Positions 39,342 to 49,318 of a stretch of 54,539 nt of DNA are shown here, one piece after another (the first letter of the stretch is position 1; each line of letters starts with the position of its first letter). The notes beneath the pieces are model-generated. The model had not been told where the DNA came from. It saw only the letters and a program-made list of their open reading frames with translations, and searched no databases. Both the position numbers and the translations under genes were made by a program. The DNA lies in assembly GCA_964515785.1 (NCBI GenBank), contig CAZEWH010000006.1:4182-58720 (forward strand), read 5' to 3'. This stretch comes from an uncultured Gammaproteobacteria bacterium (GTDB lineage Bacteria; Patescibacteriota; Patescibacteriia; UBA1558; GWA2-36-10).

Positions 39342-40124
39342 TTAAATAGTCAAAATAGACCAATACCAAGCTACCAGCCAATCTCCATACAACATTGTAA
39401 CAAAAGTAGCTACAGACAAAAAAGTACCAAAAGGAATCTTGTCTGTCAGATGCTTTTTGTTGCCAAACAATAAAACAATGCTAATCAAGCTACCCAGAAT
39501 ATAAGCTACAAACAACGCAGTCAAAATATGTGGCCAACCCAATAAAATACCCATCAGGAATCCTAGACGAATATCTCCGCCACCAATCCACTTGCCTTTG
39601 GATACCAGAAATTGAGCTAAGAAAAATCCACCACCTACCAGTCCAGCTAATAATAGATTTAAAACTTCAAATCCTAAAACATAATTGAAAATAAAAGCCA
39701 AAATTATAGCTGGGATAACTACAATATCCAAAATCAAATAATATTTTAGATCATAAACAAAAATAATAACCAACCAAGCAGTCAAAACAAACCAGCCAAC
39801 CATTTGCCAAATATCCAGCCAATCTCCAGCCAAAATATCCAAACTAGGAAATATCTTGATATATATCAAAACAAAACAAATAGCTGTAATTAATTCTACC
39901 AAAAAATACTGAATTGAAAACTTTTGTTTGCAATAACGACAGCGTCCTTTGAGAAACAAAAAACTAAGTAAAGGCACTAAATCTTTGATTTTTAATCTGT
40001 GTTTGCAAAACAAACACTTGGAATGGCCACGAATAAAAGTCTCGCCCCTATGTAGTCTAAAAATTACTACATTGAGGAAACTACCAACCAAAAGCCCCAA
40101 AATAAAGACAAAAACTACTAACAT
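39342..40124 (-). CDS. pilD: Prepilin peptidase
   Basis: GSFLNVVIFR, CLFC..CRYC Zn motif, YDL, GGGD, IPFGTFL. Confidence 0.95.
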   Translation of the reverse strand: MLVVFVFILGLLVGSFLNVVIFRLHRGETFIRGHSKCLFCKHRLKIKDLVPLLSFLFLKGRCRYCKQKFSIQYFLVELITAICFVLIYIKIFPSLDILAGDWLDIWQMVGWFVLTAWLVIIFVYDLKYYLILDIVVIPAIILAFIFNYVLGFEVLNLLLAGLVGGGFFLAQFLVSKGKWIGGGDIRLGFLMGILLGWPHILTALFVAYILGSLISIVLLFGNKKHLTDKIPFGTFLSVATFVTMLYGDWLVAWYWSILTI

Positions 40125-40167
40125 AGTAGTTTTATTATAACATAATTAAAATGAATTTGGTAGGAAA

Positions 40168-40602
40168 TCAAATACCTGGTACACAGCTAATATTAAGATT
40201 GCTAGAAATTGTACAAATACCACCTTTTTGGGTATTTATGCCCCACATTGGCCATTTATTATTTATGCCAAAACGAAGAGTATAATTGTCACCATTACTA
40301 GTATAGCTAGCTATTCTAGCCCAATCACCGCTTCTCTGCCAATAAATAACCTTGCCGTCTTGATTAAAACCATTGTCTGTCAATTTAAACAAAACATCAG
40401 TATTTACTTTTTCTAATTCCGGATATCTATTGACCTTGTCATAATATTTTTCCAAGGCAGTAGCTAAATCTTTGACTTGAGTAAAAACTACAATATCATT
40501 GGAACGACTATTATTGAAAAAAACCATAAAAATAATCAAAGCAATTAATACAACTAAGATTGCCGACATGATAATCTTGGTTTGTTTCCTATAATCAAAC
40601 AT
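40168..40602 (-). CDS. Pilin/GspG-like membrane-anchored protein lacking a GFTLxE motif
   Basis: TM helix then LATALEKYYDK..RYP, C-terminal Cys pair; in pil locus. Confidence 0.65.
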   Translation of the reverse strand: MFDYRKQTKIIMSAILVVLIALIIFMVFFNNSRSNDIVVFTQVKDLATALEKYYDKVNRYPELEKVNTDVLFKLTDNGFNQDGKVIYWQRSGDWARIASYTSNGDNYTLRFGINNKWPMWGINTQKGGICTISSNLNISCVPGI

Positions 40603-40695
40603 ATTTATATTATAGCATATTTCTTATAAAAATTTAACAAATAAAAAAACTCCCCGAAATAATCAAAGAGTTTTTTAATTTTCATATTATTTAGA

Positions 40696-41091
40696 CTATA
40701 AACAAACAGTTGTGGCTCCTCCCTTAGTAACACCATGTTCTTTGGATTGACCAGTAGAATCAACGCAGAAGAATCCACCTTCTTCTAGATCAACTTCAGC
40801 AGCCCAAGCAGTAGCTTCGTCATCACAATTTAAAACACCGCCACTAGCAAGAATAGATGCTTCAACACCATCTAGACTAGGGTCTGCACAAAAGCCAAGG
40901 TAACTAAGACTAGTGTCATCATAGTAAATTTCACCAGCAGCTGGAAAAGATGCTAGATTTGCCTGTCTAGACGCGTCAACGCCTTTGTTACGAGCACTGT
41001 TTAGATTGACCACTGCTACTGCTGATAACACAGCAATGATAGCAATAACAACTAATAGCTCGACTAATGTAAAACCTTTTTGATTTTTCAT
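40696..41091 (-). CDS. Type IV pilin (probable major pilin)
   Basis: KG/FTLVELLVVIAII; FCVDSTG; strong SD GGAGGTGA and own TGCTATAAT promoter. Confidence 0.9.
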   Translation of the reverse strand: MKNQKGFTLVELLVVIAIIAVLSAVAVVNLNSARNKGVDASRQANLASFPAAGEIYYDDTSLSYLGFCADPSLDGVEASILASGGVLNCDDEATAWAAEVDLEEGGFFCVDSTGQSKEHGVTKGGATTVCL

Positions 41092-41228
41092 TTTCTCACC
41101 TCCATTCGTACAAGCATATTAGTGCTAAAACTTGAGATCCCCAAAGCTCTAACAAATATAACTTGATGAATTTAAAAATTAATTAATAAATATATTATAG
41201 CATTTTTTGAAAAAACGGGCAATTGTTT

Positions 41229-42437
41229 TTATCCCATAGTTTGTGCCAATTGAAAAATTGGCAACATGATAGCTGCTACCATGACACCAACACCCACACC
41301 CATAATCACCAAAATCAATGGTTCTATCAAAGAAGTCAAAGCATTGACCATGTTGTCTATCTCACGGGTATAAAATCCACTTAATTTTTCTAGCACCAAA
41401 TCAAGCTTACCGGTTCTTTCACCAATAATCATCATCTGTGGTAACATAGTAGGCATCAAATCTGATTTTACAAAAACTGTAGCCAAAGAATTACCACCCT
41501 CTACTTCCAAAACTGTTTGCATAATCAATTCTTCATAAGCTTCATTGTCCACAACCTCAGCAGTAATCCGTAAGGCAGTAGCAATCGGTACTCCACCCTT
41601 GATCAAGGTAGATAAACTTCTGGTAAATCGGACTATGTATATTTTTTTAAATAAAGGACCAAAAATCGGAAATTTAATTTTCATAGTATCCCAAGCAATC
41701 TTACCTGCTCTAGATCTAGTCCAAACACGTATAAAAACTATAGCCACAACAACAGCTATGATAATCAAAATAAAATTATTAGCAATAAATTCAGAAACAG
41801 CTATCAATACTTTTGTCAAAAATGGCAACTCAGCACCAGCTTCTGTCAATAACTTTGTCATCTTGGGAATAACAAAAGCCATCATAATAAAACCAACCAC
41901 TATCATACCACTAATGACAAAAATCGGATAAATCATAGCTCCTTTGATACGTGATACTAGATCATAATCTTTTTCCATTTGATCAGCTAGATATTCTAGT
42001 ACTTCATCCAAACGACCAGAAGTTTCACCAGATTTGACCATAGAAACATAAAAGTTACTAAAAGTCTTTTTGCTCCTAGCCATAGATGCAGATAGCTTCA
42101 TACCACCTTCAACATCATTGGCTATGTCTATTATTTTTTCTACAAAAAGTGGATTAGTTGTTTGCTTGGCCAAAATACGTAAAGCCTGTACAATCGGTAC
42201 AGTAGCTGAAATCATCACAGCCAATTGCCTGGAAAAAACTACTACATCTTTGTGTTTTACTTTACCAAGATTGACATTCCATGACTTTCCACCGCCTGCT
42301 CTAGTTTGATTCAAAGATAGGACATACATGCCCTTTTCTCTCAACAATTCAGCGGCCTCTGATTCAGTAATAGCCTCAACTGCTCCGTTGATTATTTTAC
42401 CATCTCTATTTCTAGCTCTATATTTATAAACTGACAT
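41229..42437 (-). CDS. pilC: Type IV pilus platform protein (PilC/GspF)
   Basis: FSRQLAVM, GETSGRLD, GAMIYP, GERTGKLD, LIEP. Confidence 0.93.
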   Translation of the reverse strand: MSVYKYRARNRDGKIINGAVEAITESEAAELLREKGMYVLSLNQTRAGGGKSWNVNLGKVKHKDVVVFSRQLAVMISATVPIVQALRILAKQTTNPLFVEKIIDIANDVEGGMKLSASMARSKKTFSNFYVSMVKSGETSGRLDEVLEYLADQMEKDYDLVSRIKGAMIYPIFVISGMIVVGFIMMAFVIPKMTKLLTEAGAELPFLTKVLIAVSEFIANNFILIIIAVVVAIVFIRVWTRSRAGKIAWDTMKIKFPIFGPLFKKIYIVRFTRSLSTLIKGGVPIATALRITAEVVDNEAYEELIMQTVLEVEGGNSLATVFVKSDLMPTMLPQMMIIGERTGKLDLVLEKLSGFYTREIDNMVNALTSLIEPLILVIMGVGVGVMVAAIMLPIFQLAQTMG

Positions 42438-42440
42438 ATT

Positions 42441-43505
42441 TTATCTAAAATTTAACCTAAATGTTTGAGGATCATTGGCTTGTGATATAGCATCTTTGAC
42501 ATCTATTTCGCCAACTTTGACTAATTCAAACAAAGCTCTATCCATACTAATCATACCCTCTTGTTTGGAGCTTTGCATAATATTGGTTAATTGTTGAAAC
42601 TTTTCATCTTTGATACTACTTCTAACAGCTGGAATACTAGTCAAAACCTCACAAACCAAGCTAAATCCCTCACCAACTCGCGGTATTAAACGTTGAGCAA
42701 CTACACCAAGTAAATTATCAGCCAATAAATCTTTGGCCCATTTTCTCTTGTCACTTGAAAATTTGATAATAAATCTTTCTAGAGCTGACTCAACAGAATC
42801 AGCATCCATAATAATAATAACTAATTTTCCACTTTCAGACAATTCTAAAATTAATTCTTCCATACCTGGTTCATAAACAGCACCAACCATAGCTACATCT
42901 ACATCTTCATCCATCATATCTTGGAGTCCTTTGACAAAACTAGGTGTATCACGTCCGATTTGTCTTTGTTCTATGATAGATTGATTATTAATAAATAAAT
43001 ATTCAATCGGATCTTCCAAGGTTTGGATATGAACACCTTTGTTTTGATTTATGGTTTCCAATAAAGAAGCAGCTGTAGTAGTCCTACCACTAGAAAAAGG
43101 TCCAGTAATAATCAATAAACCGCGATCTTTATTTAATAACTGTGTAATAGCTGTTGGAATATTGAGTTCTTTTGGTGAATGAATGACAGGTGGTATCAAA
43201 CGTAAAGAAATAGCCAAAAAACCCTTTTGATAAAAAAGTTTTGCTTTAAACCTAGATTTATCTGCCCAAGTATAAACAGCTACCACCTCTCTTTCTTTAT
43301 TTAGTTGTTCCAATTCTTCATTACTCAAAAAAATCTCCGCCATGCTATTGATATTGTCTGGAGTCAGAACTGGCTGTTCGGTCATAGTCATCAAACGCCC
43401 TCTCACTCTGATAACTGGATTACTACCAGCTACCATATGAATATCAGTAGCTTTACGCTCTGAAGTAGCATTGAGAATATTATTTATTAATAAAGTATCT
43501 GGCAT
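42441..43505 (-). CDS. PilT/PilU-family protein with degenerate ATPase motifs
   Basis: ATDIHM, EDPIEY, QRQIGRDT, AQRLIP, GMISMD; Walker A GPFSSGRT, Walker B Glu and His box lost. Confidence 0.85.
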   Translation of the reverse strand: MPDTLLINNILNATSERKATDIHMVAGSNPVIRVRGRLMTMTEQPVLTPDNINSMAEIFLSNEELEQLNKEREVVAVYTWADKSRFKAKLFYQKGFLAISLRLIPPVIHSPKELNIPTAITQLLNKDRGLLIITGPFSSGRTTTAASLLETINQNKGVHIQTLEDPIEYLFINNQSIIEQRQIGRDTPSFVKGLQDMMDEDVDVAMVGAVYEPGMEELILELSESGKLVIIIMDADSVESALERFIIKFSSDKRKWAKDLLADNLLGVVAQRLIPRVGEGFSLVCEVLTSIPAVRSSIKDEKFQQLTNIMQSSKQEGMISMDRALFELVKVGEIDVKDAISQANDPQTFRLNFR

Positions 43506-43506
43506 T

Positions 43507-43887
43507 TTATTTATCTTCTTGTAAAATATTTTTTATTTTAGAAATCACTTCTGAAGGTACAAAATGAGCTTTGATCAAATAATCACTAGCTCCCAAATTC
43601 AGACATCTTTCAATATCTTCTTTTTGAGAAAAATTGGTCAAGATTAAAACAGGAATTTGTTTAGTTTCATTGTTTTGCTTTAGATCTTCCAAGACCTCAA
43701 AACCGCTCATGGACGGCAATTGCAAATCAAGTAAAACTAAATCTGGTTTATCTTTTTTGGCTAATTTTAGCCCTTTTATGCCATCAATTGCAGAAATAAC
43801 TTGAAATCCTTCAAGCTCTAGCTTGGTGACATACATTTGTAAAAGAAAGTCATCATCTTCTACAATAAGGATTTTTTTATTCTCCAT
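43507..43887 (-). CDS. Single-domain response regulator
   Basis: ILIVEDD, LLDLQLP..SG, LTN, YLIK. Confidence 0.92.
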   Translation of the reverse strand: MENKKILIVEDDDFLLQMYVTKLELEGFQVISAIDGIKGLKLAKKDKPDLVLLDLQLPSMSGFEVLEDLKQNNETKQIPVLILTNFSQKEDIERCLNLGASDYLIKAHFVPSEVISKIKNILQEDK

Positions 43888-43900
43888 ATTATTTTATTAT

Positions 43901-45646
43901 TTAATCTAATTCACTAACACGTAAAACTTCTTCTATAGTTGTCATACCCAATAAAGATTTGACAATACCATCTTGTTCCATACTCATAAAATTTTGCTTG
44001 GCTAATTCAGCATCAACATCATCATGATGAAAACCTTTGGCAATCACATTTTGCAAATTTCTAGTGACACTAATAGCCTCAACAATAGCTATTCGTCCTT
44101 TGTATCCAGATTTACCACAATTAGAACAACCTTTGCCTTTAAAAAATTTGAGATTATTCATATCAACTTTAGTATAAAAAGCCTTTTTAGGAATTTTTTC
44201 CAAATTTTCTTTTACTTTGATCAAAATTTCAGGTGGAACCTTGTCTTCAATTTTACATTTATTACAAACTTTTCTTACCAAGCGCTGAGCTACAACTGCA
44301 TTTAGAGTTGAAGCCAACAAAAATGGCTCAATATGCATGTCAAATAAACGCGGAATAGCTCCAATCGAATCATTGGTATGTAAAGTAGTCAACACTGAAT
44401 GACCAGTCAGTCCAGCATGAATAGCTAGTTCAGCTGTTTCATTGTCACGAACCTCACCTACCATGATAATATCAGGATCTTGACGAAGTAGGGCTCTAAG
44501 ACCAGAAGCAAAAGTAAAATTTACCTCTGTCCTAATCTGAGATTGATTGACACCTGGAATATAATACTCTACTGGATCTTCCAGCGTTGCAATATTGATA
44601 TCTTCTTTGTTTAAATAACTCAAAGCAGCAAACAGAGTTGTTGATTTACCAGAACCAGTCGGACCAGTCAATAAAAATAAACCATTTGGCCTTACAATAT
44701 TGGTTTCAATCACTTTGAGTTGATTTCCCATAAAACCAAGATCACTAAAAGTCGGCGCTTTGTCTGGAGTTTCCAAAATACGCATTACAACTTTTTCTTG
44801 CCCCATCAAAGGGATAGTAGAAACACGAAAATCAATATCTTTGTTATGAACCTGGAGACGGATACGACCATCTTGAGGAATACGAGTCTCATCAATCTTG
44901 AGATTTGCCATTACTTTGACACGAGATACCAGAGCTGAATGCACATAAAGTGGTAAAACAATCGTAGTGTGCAATACACCATCTATCCTATAGCGCACTT
45001 TAGACTGATTATTGACTGGTTCAATATGAATATCAGAGGCTCTACCTTCGATAGCATGTCGCAAAACAACTGAAATAATCTTGGAAACCGGAGCGCTTTT
45101 GACCAGATCCTCTGGTGATTCATCAGCTGAAGCACCAATCATCAAATCATCTGGAGCAAATATGGCTTCAGCCGTATCCAAAGCCTCACCCACTTCCTCT
45201 CCTAAGGACTCATATTGCTTGACAGCTGCCCGATAGCTATCTTCTGAAATAATATAATACTTAACCTTGAATCTACGCTTACGAGCCAAAAAATTAAGTG
45301 CTTCAATTGCTTTAAAATTGGTTGGATCAACAAAACCAGCTTCTATTTGACTTCCTTCTTTGTTGAAAACTACCATCTTATAGTTTTCAGACAAATCATG
45401 TGGCAAAATATTCAATATATCAGCACCAATTTTTTCGCCAATTAGAGATTTGTATTCTAAATCATAAAAAACACCCTTAGCCTGAACCCATTCTTCATCA
45501 CTAATTAAAACAACACGACGAATGTGTTTTTCAGCTTCAGCAAAATTTGTAAATTCTTGGTCTGCTAAGCTTTTATACTGTTCGTCGTTTAATAAATTAT
45601 GATCTTTTAGAAAATCTAAAACTTTTTTTAACTCCTGTAACGTCAT
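43901..45646 (-). CDS. pilB: Type IV pilus assembly ATPase (PilB/GspE)
   Basis: ASDIHIEP, PQDGR, GPTGSGKST, EDPVE, LRQDPDIIMVGEVRD, TLHTN, CNKC..CSNC. Confidence 0.95.
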   Translation of the reverse strand: MTLQELKKVLDFLKDHNLLNDEQYKSLADQEFTNFAEAEKHIRRVVLISDEEWVQAKGVFYDLEYKSLIGEKIGADILNILPHDLSENYKMVVFNKEGSQIEAGFVDPTNFKAIEALNFLARKRRFKVKYYIISEDSYRAAVKQYESLGEEVGEALDTAEAIFAPDDLMIGASADESPEDLVKSAPVSKIISVVLRHAIEGRASDIHIEPVNNQSKVRYRIDGVLHTTIVLPLYVHSALVSRVKVMANLKIDETRIPQDGRIRLQVHNKDIDFRVSTIPLMGQEKVVMRILETPDKAPTFSDLGFMGNQLKVIETNIVRPNGLFLLTGPTGSGKSTTLFAALSYLNKEDINIATLEDPVEYYIPGVNQSQIRTEVNFTFASGLRALLRQDPDIIMVGEVRDNETAELAIHAGLTGHSVLTTLHTNDSIGAIPRLFDMHIEPFLLASTLNAVVAQRLVRKVCNKCKIEDKVPPEILIKVKENLEKIPKKAFYTKVDMNNLKFFKGKGCSNCGKSGYKGRIAIVEAISVTRNLQNVIAKGFHHDDVDAELAKQNFMSMEQDGIVKSLLGMTTIEEVLRVSELD

Positions 45647-45673
45647 AATTATTGTCTACCGTAATTAAATAAA

Positions 45674-45991
45674 TTAATGTGAAAAAGGTTTTGGATTCCC
45701 AATATTGTCTTGACTAATACTAACAGGTGTTTCTTCTAAATTACTAAATTGATCATTGTTTATTAAATTATCAAAAATTGACCCTTCTGAAGAACGAGTA
45801 TCCATAAAATCATTGATATTATCAATGGCCATATTTCTAACTTTGGAAAAACTTTGTCTTTGTGTTTCTTGTTCAAGATCTATTACAAGAGATTCTTTAT
45901 TAAATATACTAAAAGTCCACCAACCACCTATTATCAAAATAAGAGCCAAAATTATCAATAAGACTACTAAATTTTTATTATCACTCTTCAT
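45674..45991 (-). CDS. Small membrane protein at the PilP position
   Basis: TM helix; C-terminal GNPKPF; between pilO-like and pilB. Confidence 0.65.
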   Translation of the reverse strand: MKSDNKNLVVLLIILALILIIGGWWTFSIFNKESLVIDLEQETQRQSFSKVRNMAIDNINDFMDTRSSEGSIFDNLINNDQFSNLEETPVSISQDNIGNPKPFSH

Positions 45992-45996
45992 AAATA

Positions 45997-46716
45997 TTAT
46001 CTATAATAAGTAATCAAAGAAAAGTCAAAATTGATAGGAGATGGAATATTCGCTCCCTCTCCTTCCTCTGTCTCTTCTATTATCTCTTCTTCTGCAAATT
46101 CTGCAAAAATAATTGTCTGAATATCCATCAAACGTAGATCATTTTCTAATCTATCTAAATAACTTTTGAAAGATTGATACGGCTCATGCATTTCCCAAGA
46201 TCCATCTGGATTTTGAGTTGGTAATTTTGCAACTGTCATATGAATAACCAATGATCTCAAATCTTCCAAATTATCAATTGGCATGCCAGCCTCTTCGTTT
46301 TTGTCAGCTACGCTAATAGGGTCTTCGCTAATCTCAATACTCAACAAAGCAAATCCATTGTCTGAAGCCAAACTATCAGCTGCTGCAAAAAATTCAGCAA
46401 TCTGAGGACTATCTGGAATCATAATCTTTAGTCTGTCCAAATCTCTTTTACGCTCACTTTCAATATGTTCAAATTCTTCTTTGAGGCTATTGACCATATT
46501 TAATAATTGTTGATTTTCTTCTTCTTTGTCTTGAGATTGAAATTTTTCATCTTTGACTATCTTAATGTCAGATATTTTTGGCTGCAAAACAAAGAAATAA
46601 CCCAAAGCAAATACTAAGATAATAATAACAGCAAATATAATCACAGAATAACGATTGATAAAAATCAATATTTCAGATGGTTGTTCAAATTCAATTTTGT
46701 CTTTTTTTTGTGCCAT
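45997..46716 (-). CDS. PilO-like protein
   Basis: TM, coiled coil, YQSFKSYLDRLENDLRLMDI; position after pilN-like. Confidence 0.75.
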   Translation of the reverse strand: MAQKKDKIEFEQPSEILIFINRYSVIIFAVIIILVFALGYFFVLQPKISDIKIVKDEKFQSQDKEEENQQLLNMVNSLKEEFEHIESERKRDLDRLKIMIPDSPQIAEFFAAADSLASDNGFALLSIEISEDPISVADKNEEAGMPIDNLEDLRSLVIHMTVAKLPTQNPDGSWEMHEPYQSFKSYLDRLENDLRLMDIQTIIFAEFAEEEIIEETEEGEGANIPSPINFDFSLITYYR

Positions 46717-46717
46717 A

Positions 46718-47977
46718 TTATTGACTGTCTTCGTAATAAAATAATGTAGGATTCAAAACAAAATTAATATCAAAACTAACAGAAGGTTCGTCAGCATTGA
46801 TTTCTGCCAAAGAAGCTGAAGTGACACTGACACTTATTGCTAATTCACGAGCTTCTACACTTTGCAAAGCTTTGAGCTGTCTAGCTACTGCATCAAAATT
46901 TGGGCCAATAGCATGTAGTGTCAAGGCGCCATTGTTGCCAGCTGTCAAACCTTGATAATAAACTTCTTGAGCAGTATATTTTTCTAATAATTCAAAGAAA
47001 TTTGACCAATAAATATGCTGTTTTAGAATTGCATGAATAGTCTTGATATCTTTTGCCAAAGCACTAATTTTTTCATTTTGAGCTTGGAAGGCCAAAATCT
47101 CTTCTTCTAAGTCTGAAATGCCTTGAATAGCTGCTTGTTTTTCATTGATTATTTTTCTTTCTTGCCACATCAAGCCTACATAAAAAAGAGCTACAACAAC
47201 AATAGATAATACAAAAGACACTATTAATAAATTTCTAATTTGTTTCCAACTTTTGATCTTGACAGCAGTTGGAATTAAATCTACCCCCTCTTCTACAAAT
47301 CTAGCTCTAATATTTGAGGTTGGTTGATGCCAGTCTGCTAAATTGAGACCATCATCATCCTTGCCTGGACCAGAAGCTGGAGGCATAACTTCTTTTTTCT
47401 CGTCTGGTTTTTGTTTGTCTTTCTTGTGTTTCTTCTTCTTTTTTTTCTTTTTCTTGGCTTGTTTATGAGTTTCAAATTTATGATCTTCTATTTTTGGTAA
47501 ATCAAACTTTGGTTCAGGTTCTTCTGTTTTGACTGGCGCTGGACTAGAAAAATTTGCCTCAACCTTGTCCTGAGGAACAGCCGGCGGTGTAAACTTGATT
47601 TCTTCATGTTTAACTGGCTCGTGTTTATTTTTGTCTTTTTTCTTTTTCTTGTGTTTCTTCTTCTTTTGTTTTGGAACTTTATCACTATGTGATGGCAAAA
47701 CAGATTCTACTTTATCAACTGGAGTAAAAACCTTATCAGTTTTGATTGGTTTTTTGTCCTGATCAACTTTAGATTCTTTTACTTTTTTAGGTTTTTTGGA
47801 TTTAAACAATTTGGCCCAAATAGAAACTTTAGAGCCAGATTTCTTGCCCTTTTTTGTTTTTTCTACCTGTCCTGGAATCACCAATTCATGTTCCCACTCT
47901 TTTTTCTGCTTGGCTACCAAATTTTGTTCTTTTGACCTTTGGTCTTCAGGCATTAAATTGATATTGTCTTCTCCCAT
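46718..47977 (-). CDS. PilN-like protein with long Lys/Pro-rich cytoplasmic N-terminus
   Basis: INLMP at N-terminus, VDLIP before TM, coiled coil, HIYWSNFFELLE, VARQL. Confidence 0.75.
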   Translation of the reverse strand: MGEDNINLMPEDQRSKEQNLVAKQKKEWEHELVIPGQVEKTKKGKKSGSKVSIWAKLFKSKKPKKVKESKVDQDKKPIKTDKVFTPVDKVESVLPSHSDKVPKQKKKKHKKKKKDKNKHEPVKHEEIKFTPPAVPQDKVEANFSSPAPVKTEEPEPKFDLPKIEDHKFETHKQAKKKKKKKKKHKKDKQKPDEKKEVMPPASGPGKDDDGLNLADWHQPTSNIRARFVEEGVDLIPTAVKIKSWKQIRNLLIVSFVLSIVVVALFYVGLMWQERKIINEKQAAIQGISDLEEEILAFQAQNEKISALAKDIKTIHAILKQHIYWSNFFELLEKYTAQEVYYQGLTAGNNGALTLHAIGPNFDAVARQLKALQSVEARELAISVSVTSASLAEINADEPSVSFDINFVLNPTLFYYEDSQ

Positions 47978-47978
47978 T

Positions 47979-49229
47979 TTAGATATCTCTAGAAGCTAAT
48001 CCAATACTAACTGCCATACGAGGACCGATTTCTTGCAAAACCGGTTTAAGGTCCAAAGGATAAATGACTCTATCCCATGGATCACCAATAACTACTGGCA
48101 GACTTAATAATTCTGATAAATAACTGGTCAAAGAAGGTAAAAAAGCACTACCGCCAGTTATAATAATTTTGTCTATTTGGGCATTACCTTGTCTACGATA
48201 AAGCTCAAATACATATTTTATTTCATTTATAATAGAATTCAACGAACGTTGTATAACATCTGGTACATTTTTGTTGCTAATACTAGACAAGCCAAAATCT
48301 CTCTTAAATTGCTCTGCTCTGTCTTTATTGACATTCATACTATTCATAATGGTCTTGGTGATAAAATCACCACCAGTATCAATGCCTCTATTTAGAATTG
48401 GTACTGAGTCTTCAATTACACAAATATCAGCAGTAGTTGCTCCAATATCTACAATCATAACTGTAGAAGTATCATTACCCATCAAAGCTCTAGCCAAAGC
48501 AAAAGCTTCTGTTTCTAGGCTTAATAAATTGAGCTTGGCTCTCTTGAAAATATCAATATATCTAGCTACCAAATTTTTGGGTGCAGCTGTCAATAAAATA
48601 CGATAATTTTTGCCATCATCTTTGTTTTGTCCCAAAAGTTGAGCTGGATTTTTTACGCCAGATGTCTGACTTTGTTTGTCTTCAAGTTTGGCTGAAGTAC
48701 TAGCTTGATTGCTCTCCAATTCTTGAATTAAATCTTTATTTTTATCAGCTGGATTATCACTTTTTGTTTCTTCTTTTTTGTCTTCTTTTTCATCTATAAT
48801 GTTTTGAACTTCAGCTCCTTTTGTTTTGGGAACTTTTACTTTCTTTTTGTTCAAAATCTTCCAATCCAAAATCATTTCATCAATCGGCACAGGAATAAAT
48901 TTTTTGGCTTCCCATTTTATGGCCGCATCCAAATCTTTTTTAGGCATGGGCGGCAAATTGATAATAAAATTAAAAACAGAAAAAGTAGGCAAGGCTGCAA
49001 TTATCTGTTTGCTCTGAATATTAGCTTTATCTATTATAAAATTAATATATTTGGCTATTTGTTCGTTATTTTTTTCAATATTAGTACTCAAAACATTAGT
49101 TTTTACATCAGCATAACCATAAGTCTTGAGACGGGCTTGATTTTTAAAATTCTCAAGCTCAACTAACTTAATACTAGAAGTGCCTATATCCACCCCCAAA
49201 TAACTAGTAACACTAGAAAATAATCCCAT
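47979..49229 (-). CDS. pilM: Type IV pilus assembly protein PilM
   Basis: GVDIGTSSIKLVEL, WEAKKFIP, E.FALAR, VDIGATT, TGGSA, IGLA. Confidence 0.92.
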   Translation of the reverse strand: MGLFSSVTSYLGVDIGTSSIKLVELENFKNQARLKTYGYADVKTNVLSTNIEKNNEQIAKYINFIIDKANIQSKQIIAALPTFSVFNFIINLPPMPKKDLDAAIKWEAKKFIPVPIDEMILDWKILNKKKVKVPKTKGAEVQNIIDEKEDKKEETKSDNPADKNKDLIQELESNQASTSAKLEDKQSQTSGVKNPAQLLGQNKDDGKNYRILLTAAPKNLVARYIDIFKRAKLNLLSLETEAFALARALMGNDTSTVMIVDIGATTADICVIEDSVPILNRGIDTGGDFITKTIMNSMNVNKDRAEQFKRDFGLSSISNKNVPDVIQRSLNSIINEIKYVFELYRRQGNAQIDKIIITGGSAFLPSLTSYLSELLSLPVVIGDPWDRVIYPLDLKPVLQEIGPRMAVSIGLASRDI

Positions 49230-49318
49230 ATCTTATAATAATTTTATATTTTTATATTGAATAACACTTAGCATTATTATAGCATATTTTACTAATTTGA
49301 GCCAAATATTATACACAA

